Of a stretch of 64,000 nucleotides of DNA, positions 1 through 8,726 are shown one piece after another. A program made the position numbers and the translations under genes. Below the pieces are notes generated by a model. That model was not told the origin of the DNA, ran no database searches, and was given only the letters and a program-made list of their open reading frames with translations. The number at the start of each line of letters is the position of its first letter. Position 1 is the first letter of the stretch. This stretch comes from Gordius albopunctatus (taxonomy: Eukaryota): contig OZ193909.1 of assembly GCA_964276515.1 (NCBI GenBank), forward strand, positions 9,052,001 to 9,116,000, given 5' to 3'.

Positions 1-1460
1 CATATTGGCATTTTCTAATGGCACATTACACCGGATATACTTAGCTATTTAAGCTACCTTTTTGGATCGGGAATGACATCCGTTGCGCAACCTCCCTCTT
101 GATGTAGCGAGCCGAGGTATGTAAACCTGTCTACTTTTGGGTACTTTAGAGGGTCATCCAGCGATAGACTGCTTTTACGTTTTTTGATCGTTGACCTTTA
201 CCCCATATCCAGCTAAGCGATTTGACCACTTTTCGGTTTCTTCGAATACTTTCTCCCTTGTTTCCTCCCATAGTACTATATCAATAGCATTCACCATGGC
301 GATGGCTTTTGAATGTCCCTCGTTATCCTGTCTATAATTATATTAAATAGAAAGGGGCTTAAAGCAGATTCTTGATGTAATCCAATTTTAACCCTAAAAG
401 ATTTAGTCTCCAACTTCGTCCTAACGCAAGAGTTTGAGCCTTCATAAATATTTTTTATAAGCCGTATATATGCGTCAGAGATATTTTGTTTTCTCAGGCA
501 CTTTTTCTTTTCTGTCATGATCCGTAACAAGGGAAAGATGTTGCCTGGCGATTCCTTCTCCCGGGATCACTTTTCAATCCTTGATATTTCATAAGTCCTT
601 TCGCCGTATGAGCAGATAGTCAATCTGACTAAAATGCTTCCAACGTTTATGAGTCTAAATATGATCTTCGCGTTTTTGATATTGGTGTTAACGATCGCCA
701 TGTCATATGCTTGGAATACTTGGAGCAGTTTTTCCCCTTCTTTGTTCTTCAGACCATGCCCACAGCCTCCATGATTGCGTTCATACCCGAGGCGATCTTT
801 ATTTACGTGAGCCATGACATCCGCCCCAGTAATTAGTCTTTCTCCCTGTTCTATTTCTTATATTTCCTTTTCCAATGAATCTAAGAATATGTCTTTCTCT
901 GATTCCAAACACCCAATTTGGGGAGCATACGCGCACCTAACGGTAAGGAGGCCCCCTTGATCTCCAATCTTCAATTAGCCTGTCGAACAACGCTTGACTT
1001 CCACCACCTTGCCCTTGAACGATTTGCTTAGAACGATACCGACGCTTTTTTACGATTTGGTGACCCATTGTAGAATAGTTTGTATTCTTCTTCTAACTCC
1101 GTAGCTTTGGTTCCCTTCCACCTCGTCTCTTGTAGGGAGGCAATGTGTACCTTTCTTCTTTTTAGCATTAGTGCGACCCCGATGCTCTTTCCCATCAACA
1201 TTCTAGCATGTTATTCGCATTCTTTCCACAACTAATTTCCTTAATCGCCTTCGTTGTGAGTTAAGCAGTACCCTAGTGTATTTTTCACATTGCACAGGCG
1301 GGGTATGCAGTGCGCGTCGTTTGTGGAGGATGCCCTAGCTTGTTTTAAAATTTTGTTTGAAACTATTATGATTACGGTGTTAGTTTTTATAGCCGGTTTC
1401 CTACCTGACGCCAACCCTCCGCTTTTTGCACACAGACTTGGGACCGTCTTAGGAAGTCTA
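1..1460 (-). mobile_element. Degenerate, internally deleted RTE-clade non-LTR retrotransposon (APE endonuclease + RT remnants); runs off the left edge of the window
   Basis: Minus-strand translation gives APE motifs LQETRWKGTKATELEEEYKLFYNG (~1065-1135), CAYAPQIGC (~910-935), HV...GYERNHGGCGHG..NKEGEKLL..AIVNT (567-815) and VIPGEGIARQH (~540-570). RT motifs follow: RLIKNIYEG..VRT..FRVKIGLHQESALSPFLF (291-530) and FTYLGS (~110-127). There are several stops and frameshifts, and the FADD motif is destroyed. Confidence 0.9.
1410..1460 (-). ncRNA. Twister-ribozyme-like motif (probably degenerate) at the 5' end of the RTE element
   Basis: The minus strand reads ...GACGGTCCCAAGTCTGTGTGCAAAAAGCGGAGGGTTGG. 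This resembles the P1-type twister core (GCCGGUCCCAAGCCCGG-AUAAAA-GUGGAGGG): ACGG/CTGT can form P4 and CCC/GGG the T1 pseudoknot. The 5' P1/P2 strand is poorly preserved. Confidence 0.55.
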
Positions 1461-2147
1461 TGATTAAAAATATTCTAAAGTTTATTAAACAAATATCAAA
1501 ATTTATTACCGCCATACAACCCCAAATAATTCATCTATATTTAGCAAAAATCCCATTGGAAATTGTAAAATCAAACACAATTGCCTGCTCACTAACCCTA
1601 ATTTATAAATTGTGTAAGATATAGTGCATAGCATATATATCGCTTTCTTTATAATGGACTTAATCGAACAAGTTAAAAATATTATATTTTCCCCTATTAT
1701 CAACTCAAAACATTTGTAATTGATTCTCGAAATTTTCGCTTCCCATCGTTTCGCGATCATTAACAAAACAATTGAGAAATTTTTGACAAAAACCTCCAAA
1801 TTATAAAAAAAAAAAATTCAAAGTATATTGCAAGAGTGACAAAAACATATACATGGTAATAGAGGGTGTAAGTTTTATGCGAAATAAGGAGAAAAACCTG
1901 ATTGATGGCCCTTTTCTCTCCTACTAGTGTGCAGGAGGTGTTTCAAGATATTCAAAGTTATAGAAAAACGTTGTAACTACAAATAGCTGTTTTATACCTA
2001 AAATTTTATTTCATAAGGTTGCGCCCGCCCCCCCTCTTCTGTCTATGCCTATGCTTCAGAAAGAGTATTAATTAAAAGAAAAAACATTAGGTTAAATTTA
2101 GCTGTTCTACCATAAATTTAAATTATTATTTTTTTTCAAATTGCTAG

Positions 2148-2303
2148 AATTCAAGATATTGACACAGTATCGCCCATCGGATTGATCAAAAGGCCATTAA
2201 GACATAGCATTGGGTCGTCTTGGGTTATGAATTATGAATGGCGTCCAACTTATAAACAGCAAGGAAAAAACACCTTTTGCTATATAGCAATAAATAATGC
2301 TGG
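2148..2303 (+). CDS. ZP-gene exon A (IQDIDTVSPIG...FCYIAINNAG)
   Basis: AG at 2146-2147, GT at 2304, open frame, phase 2/2. Confidence 0.75.
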
Positions 2304-5300
2304 GTAAAATTTAATAACCATAACTTTTAAATTTATTTTAGACAAAGAAGCGAGCAAAGATGCATTATATTTTACGCAGGCCAATCATGTCCAATAGACG
2401 TTATTAAAAATGGAAATAATGTTGCACAAATTGAAGGAGCATTAAGCGGTAGAATTTAATCTAAATAATTTAAATGGAATATGAAAAGGCCTTGTGTTTA
2501 ATTTTTTAACTGAAATTAGTCAATTAATGTTATTTCATTCTATAAAAAGGTTATTAGGACATTAAAAACACATGTAGCAGTGTTTCTTTCAATAAGACGC
2601 TTCGGACGACTAGGGGACCGATTTATACTTGCGCCTCCCTATTAAGCCAAATATTTACTTGCTTTAAAGCCTCCAGTTGAATTTTTTTCTCTTATCTAGT
2701 CTTTATGTCGAAAATGCCGTTCAATGGAAAGAACATCTTACGATAAAACGTACAAAACTAGAGCAAGTGTGTTTTAAAACTTTTAGCTGCTTTTATTATA
2801 AATCTTGACAAGCTGGTGTGTCAATTTTTTAATGCATTTAAAACGCCAATTCTTCGATAGTTACGCTGATACATAGAATATTATTGTCAAATTAACTTTA
2901 ACGCAAGAAGGCATAGTAAAGGTAAAATATGAATTTCGTTATGCTTAGGATATACTTTAATAATGCTAAGTAATTTGTGCTAAATTTAATTTAGAATTTT
3001 CTTTTAAAAATAGCTAGGATGCTTACATTAATTATATAAATAAAACTCAAATATAATAAATACTTCTTATAGCTTTTATGTATATCAAACGGGGGGGGGG
3101 CATAGTGATATAAGCTTTGACCTATAAACAGCGCCTGTGAAATTCGCCTACGATGATTTCTTACAAAAGATTAAATGAGTGCTACTGTACTGAGCAACAG
3201 TAGTTTGCACAAAATATTTGAATACTCATTAAATTTGGAATATTAAATAACAATAAAATTTATATTCAAATATTAATAGGAAAAGTAATAATTTTGTCTG
3301 AAATAGTGGAAAAGGTATAACTCCTACGTTTAAAAAATATTTGCTATTACAATTTTTATTTGGGAAATTTATTTTCAAATTAGGCCCCCTTTTTAGGCCC
3401 ATAAAAATTGAAATAAATTTTTCAATAACTTTATTTATATTTTATTATTAATTATTCTTTTTTATATACCAATCCTGTTCTAATTTTTACAAAAAGATAT
3501 CAGTTTTTTATGCCGAGGAAGAAGTGGTGTATTTCTATGTTAATCAATAAACATAAAATTGATACTAAAATTGTCAAAATTAAATGATTTTATAAATAAG
3601 GATAATTTTGAAATAATTTTACGTTTTTACTTTCAGTAAATATCGAAATTCCTTTTAAAAGTTTTTAAAATAATATCCTCATAATCCAGAGACTGCCCCC
3701 CCCCCCCGTCGTCCCCATAAATGAAACACTGCTACATAGTATATACTAAATAGTAATATAAAAAAATTTATGTCTGATTTAACCAGTAACTTGTTTGAAT
3801 GATGGAATTGAGGCATTTGCAAATGTGGATCCTGATTGGATTGGGGCAATGTATATTAAAAATGATTACAAATTGCAACAATGTCGGGTATTCGGAATAG
3901 AAAATAAAGAAAGACCCGTACCACTAAAAGCCAAATTTGATCAATGTACGTTTAGCGAAGACACGGTAATTAAAAATTAGCACAAAAGAGCATAAGTACT
4001 TAAATATATAATTAATTATTTATATACAAATTACTATAGTTGTTAAGGGGACTAGTTCCAGGTATCAAGTACTGCAACTAGATACTTAAAAAATAAAATT
4101 TACATCAATTTTCACTATGTAGTATAAATACAATGTAAAAAATCGGGTCAATATTTCTGATAAAATTTTACGTTGAACAATATATTATTTTTAATTTTTC
4201 CTTAAATCTTCTAGATTTTTAGATTATACATAAAAGTTTAGCGCAAAATTTTCTATCAGAATTTTATGTGAGATAACGGGATAGAATTAGAAAGTCAATA
4301 TTTGTAGATCTGTCTAATAATCGAGTTAACAATCATTATTAGCTAAAACAGTAGACCTATCTATTAATTTTTCCTATGAGATTAATCAAAACTTTAATTT
4401 CAACTCACACTGGCAATAAGTCAAGCAGGGGAGACCGGGGCTATATGCTTCTCAAATAATTTATCATTTGTATTTATTTTATCCTGAATTTTGAGTTATA
4501 AATGTACTTTATTAAGAAACATATTGGGCACGAAAAAAAAACAGAAAATAAGATTTTTTGCGGCTAAATCCCCCTTTTAAATTTTTGAATAAATTAAAAA
4601 TGGCGTGTTTTAACAAATTTTATAGTAAAAAGAATTGACGTTTTCATTTGATTCATGTGTAAATATATAATTTTGAAGAATTTAATCATAAATGATCACC
4701 CTGGGGCTATCGAGATTTCCTCTTACAAATACATTAATTAAGCATGGGACATAATTGCTACCGAAAAATTCATTTTGAATTCTATGAACAAAAAGTACAT
4801 CACGTTCTTTAAACTAAAAAAATAATCTCAGATTAAAGGAAATCGCTGAACAAACGAATTTAAGTTCACATTTAAGATTTTCTATTTCAGCAATTTAAGA
4901 ACATGCCCTTAATGTATTTATATATTTTTGACTTAAAATAATAGAGGACACCTCAGCCTAATTAAAAGGACACGTAGCTTAGTCGTTTTTCAAAGTTATA
5001 CGAGTTGATCTTTCTGAAACACTGCTATAAAATATATATAAACTGTGTTGCTATAATATATTTCTCTCAAATAAACATTGCATACAAAAACATTATTGTG
5101 AAAAAGTATATCCAGATCGGTGGGAAATTTTTGTCTATGCAGATTTGATTTTTATACTCGAGATAGACCCGGTCTTTCCTACTTATAGCTTTGGAAAGGC
5201 ATCATGAACTAGAACTATTTCATTTTTAATAAATCTAGATCGCAAAATTTGTAATGATCCCCTATAATAACTATAATATTTTTTTAGCAAAACGGGGTAT

Positions 5301-6242
5301 ATAGTGCTATTGTGGTTATTCAACCTAACATGAAAATTGTGACGGACATGGCAAGAGCCTACCAAATTAAATGTGTGTACGGAAAAGATTTTGACGATAG
5401 TCGAACAGTTACAGCTGAATTGGACGTAGAGTAATATATATTTTGAGCATATTTAGGGTTCGACATCGAAATTTTAGTCTAATGAATGATTTCACCTAAA
5501 TTTAAACATAATTCTAATTTGAATTTAAGATTTATTATAATAGACACCACGACTGCGGGTTATTCTTTAAAATTATAAAGATACGTTCCCGCCGTCAAGC
5601 AGTTTAATTTAAGACCTCGTCATTTACCTTTAACCTCATTTAGCATGATTCAAACCACAACGATGATTACAGTTGGCGGAGAGGAAGCCCAAGTCTCAAT
5701 GATTATTCTTGATGAGTTTGATAATCTTATACGAACTGCACATATTGGGCAATCTCTAAAATTGAGAATTACAATTAGTCCTAAAGGTAACAAAAGATAC
5801 AAATTGTATAGTTTTTTTTAGCTGTTTACGGTATATTCGCATATAATTGCCTCACGCAAAGTAACGTGGAAGATTGGGTTCATGAGATTATTGACAGCGC
5901 AGGGTATAAAACTATATTTGAATGGTATAAATAATAATTAGATGTGCTATTGAAGAAAAGATCTTTGGTAATTTTAAATTAAATCGTGAAACAAAAGCCT
6001 TGACATCGCCATTCACGGCTTTTAAATTTCCATTATCGTCCTACATTAAATTTCAATGTGAAGTCAAAATATGCGTAGGATTTTGTGAGGAGGTATTTAT
6101 ATTGATACAATATCTAAAAAAATATTGATATAAGGTGGAATGTGCCAATTCTCCCTCATATGGAAGAAGAAAAAGGGATGTCGCCCATTCAAGCAAAATA
6201 TTATCTAAGAAGCGTGTATCGTTTGTTTTATCCCTGGAATAG
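2148..6242 (+). CDS. Spliced gene (5'-partial, ~355 aa in window): extracellular ZP-domain (cuticlin-like) protein preceded by a probable beta-rich extracellular module. Exons 2148-2303, 2342-2448, 3787-3965, 5288-5430, 5644-5786, 5822-5903, 5942-6092, 6135-6242
   Basis: All introns are GT-AG and phases match through eight exons. Joined protein: ...SPIGLIKRPL..WRPTYKQQGKNTFCYIAINNAGQRSEQRCII...QIEGALSVTCLNDGIEA...QQC...FDQC...NGVYSAIVVIQ..IVTDMARAYQIKCVY...AHIGQSLKLRITISPKAVYGIFAYNC...IIDSAGCAIEEKIF...FTAFKFPLSSYIKFQCEVKICVGFCEEVEC...YGRRKR...*. This shows ZP-N/ZP-C cysteine spacing, the AFKF..FQC motif and a consensus furin site. Confidence 0.88.
2342..2448 (+). CDS. ZP-gene exon B (QRSEQRCIIFYAG...QIEGALS)
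   Basis: Follows a 38-nt intron. The donor GTAGAA at 2449 is weak, but phase 1 fits the next exon and an in-frame stop follows if unspliced. Confidence 0.7.
2572..3737. mobile_element. Putative non-autonomous TIR DNA transposon (MITE, hAT-like CAGTGTTTC ends) in ZP-gene intron
   Basis: Perfect 15-bp inverted repeat ATGTAGCAGTGTTTC (2572-2586) / GAAACACTGCTACAT (3723-3737), plus subterminal GGACGAC similarity. No coding capacity and no clean 8-bp TSD. Confidence 0.55.
3787..3965 (+). CDS. ZP-gene exon C (ZP-N start: VTCLNDG...FDQCTFSEDT)
   Basis: CAG acceptor at 3784-3786, GTAATT donor at 3966; overlaps ORF 3795..3980. Confidence 0.85.
4423..5184. mobile_element. Putative MITE with imperfect TIRs (possibly Tc1/mariner-pogo type) in ZP-gene intron
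   Basis: Left AAGCAGGGGAGACCGGGGCTATAT vs reverse complement of right end AAGTAGGAAAGACCGGGTCTATCT (19/24 matches by eye); GC-rich ends in an AT-rich background. Confidence 0.55.
5288..5430 (+). CDS. ZP-gene exon D (QNGVYSAIVVIQ...AYQIKCVY...TVTAELDV)
   Basis: TTTTTAG acceptor, GTAATA donor; typical ZP-N C-terminal motif. Confidence 0.88.
5644..5786 (+). CDS. ZP-gene exon E (linker and ZP-C start ...AHIGQSLKLRITISPK)
   Basis: TTTAG acceptor, GTAACA donor, phase 2/1. Confidence 0.88.
5822..5903 (+). CDS. ZP-gene exon F (VYGIFAYNC...IIDSAG)
   Basis: Flanked by 35-nt and 38-nt GT-AG introns. Confidence 0.88.
5942..6092 (+). CDS. ZP-gene exon G (CAIEEKIF...AFKFP...FQCEVKICVGFCEE)
   Basis: Canonical ZP-C motif, GT donor at 6093. 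Confidence 0.9.
6135..6242 (+). CDS. ZP-gene last exon (VECANSPSYGRRKRDVAH...SLE*)
   Basis: Follows a 42-nt intron; RRKR furin site; TAG at 6240-6242. Confidence 0.8.
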   Translation: MECANSPSYGRRKRDVAHSSKILSKKRVSFVLSLE

Positions 6243-7156
6243 TTACAACTAACTGCTAAACAAATCACACCATCCAAAGAATAATTCCACCAAAAGTTTG
6301 AAGACAGATCCATATATTATTTTGCTTTAAACCTGTTTATATATATGAATAATGATTTTATACTTAACTTATTAGTTTTGTTACTAATCAAAAATAATTT
6401 AAAAATTACATCAAGTGTTTTATTTGAAAAATTAGCCTTTTACTTGCAATATACAGACCAAGGTTCTGAACGAAAATTGTTTAATTAATAAATAAACCTA
6501 ATCATCTTTCTTTTATTCAAAAATTTAGACTTCCTGAAAAATAGATGGAATGTTAAAAAAATGTGTTTAATAATTAACGATTAAAAAAGAACGGTGTATG
6601 AGCTTATAAATACCTAAAAAGATAATATACACATTTCATTTTTATAATAAAATTTTCGACAAAAAGCTTATACCCTGCCATTATAATATTTACGAATACT
6701 GTGCAAATTACTATACCCGAGAGGGACCAATGTAACTTTTAAATTACACCCATTTGATTGATGATTACTGAAAAAGTATTTATTCAAAATTAATTTTTTA
6801 AATTGAATTTAACAAAAGAGATGTTGCCAAATAAGCTCACACAACGTCTTTCCTTTCCGAATCCATTGTTTAAAAATTATAGCATTCCAAAGTTCGCAAT
6901 TTTTTTATTTTTTGAATTCTTCCAAATTATTCAATTTAATGGAAAATCGAACATGAGTGCAAAATATATTTTTGAATGTTCCTGAATAATGATTCTTGCT
7001 TAATATTTTGATATAAATATATTTTATTAATTATAAATATATCATAGTTATTTTTAAGTTTAAAATATAACGTCACCTAAAAGTGACATTGGGAAGGGCA
7101 TTTTTGAACAATAAGATATTTACCTAATTTTTGGGGTTTTTAACGTTGTTTGTTAA

Positions 7157-7778
7157 CATATAGCATGTTTCAAAAATTCAGCACTCTCGTCGCGATGAAA
7201 CAAACTAATCGTAACAATATAACGTTGTCTTTATTCAAAATGATAGTTCTCGCAGAATAAAATTTCTTATAAGGAGTCGATCGAGATTAATAGGGTTTTC
7301 AAATTAGCTTACTTTTATATATTTTTTCAAGCTCTTTTACATAAAATAACAAAAAATATATTTTTTTGCTCAAAATATTTCAAATTTTTTCCATTAAACC
7401 ATATTCATCCGATGAAAGTTGTTATTTTCAGACGTGATTTTCATGATAAGAAGTAAAAATTTATCACAATTAGATAACTATTACTTTGAAATCATCATCG
7501 CATATAGCATGTTTCAAAAATTCAGCACTATCGTCGCGATGAAACAAACTAATCGCAACAATATAACATTGTCTTTATTCAAAATGATAGTTCTCGCAGA
7601 ATAAAATTTCTTATAAGGAGTCGATCGAGATTAATAGGGTTTTCAAATTAGCTTACTTTTATATATTTTTTCAAGCTCTTTTACATAAAATAACAAAAAA
7701 TATATTTTTTTGCTCAAAATATTTCAAATTTTTTCCATTAAACCATATTAATCCGATGAAAGTTGTAATTTTCAGACG
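7157..7778 (+). repeat. Left edge of 344-bp satellite array (~1.8 diverged monomers)
   Basis: Starts abruptly at CATATAGCATGTTTC (7157). Period 344 (7157 vs 7501). Carries edge-specific variants (GCAGAATAAAATT, AATAGGGTTTTCAAA). Confidence 0.97.
7629..7778 (+). repeat. Left copy of 150-bp target-site duplication
   Basis: Identical to 11714-11863, including private variants CATATTAATCCG and GTTGTAATTTTCAG. Confidence 0.92.
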
Positions 7779-8726
7779 AAAAAAACCGCCAAGGTGAGAC
7801 TACAGGATTTATACGAGGCCACTAAACAGACGATAACCAACAATCTCAGGAACAGAATTTGCTATTAATTCGTGATGTTTTATATTACCCTCTTCTTATC
7901 GAAGCATCAAATTTTTACAAGTTAATCCTTCAAGTTAAATTATATACCAAGCATCCCCCCACGCAAAAATTCCTATCAAGATTCTAACAAGGAAAAAATT
8001 AATTATCTCGAGAATTATTTGGTTAGGAGCAGCAATTAAATACAATTATCCCAAAATGTGAAACATGAAACAAGCAATCAGCTATTTAAGTAATGCTTAT
8101 TTATGATTATTATAACATAAACCAAATGATGCATACTTAAAAAAAAATTCTGCATAATTCCAATTCAATGGATAGAAGAGATATTGTGTTACACTTAGAA
8201 TTTTATTATCTTAATGGCATTCTTTAACATCTCATCATCACAGCATTTTGATTTGTTTAACAGACAAGCAAATTGAAGCCCTCAAACATTCATCACTAAA
8301 CCAATTATGAACATTCATTTTAAACAAAAAATCATTCATCATTATATTAAACCAACAAAAAAATACAAAGAGAAAGTGATTGATCAAATCCTCAGTATTG
8401 ATTTTACTTCCAAACAACAATCATAAATCATGTGGAAGCATTAATCAACTTAACTATTATCAAAAGAAACTCCATGTTTACAAACACTTTATAATGTTTC
8501 CATATCACAAAATGTAAGCAATGTATACCTTACAAGTTTTAATATGACCTTTGTTGAATCCTTTGAGCCTTTTTTTTCTCCAATATCATACAATTAATAA
8601 CACTTTTCCCAGATACTCTTTTGTATTATTAAACTTACAAAATTCTTATAAATCAAACAGCTTTAAAATAATCCCAACTGTAATTTTAATTGTCCAATCT
8701 CATCAAGGTTTTTTTTTATTCCACAT

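Noticed and set aside
1506..2060. ORF 1506..1799 or an upstream ZP exon/MITE end in this interval
   Set aside because: Low-complexity AT-rich sequence; no phase-compatible exon or matching TIR pair could be supported.
5183..6313. Minus-strand ORFs 5183..5365 and 6053..6313
   Set aside because: Antisense shadows of ZP-gene exons with no motifs.
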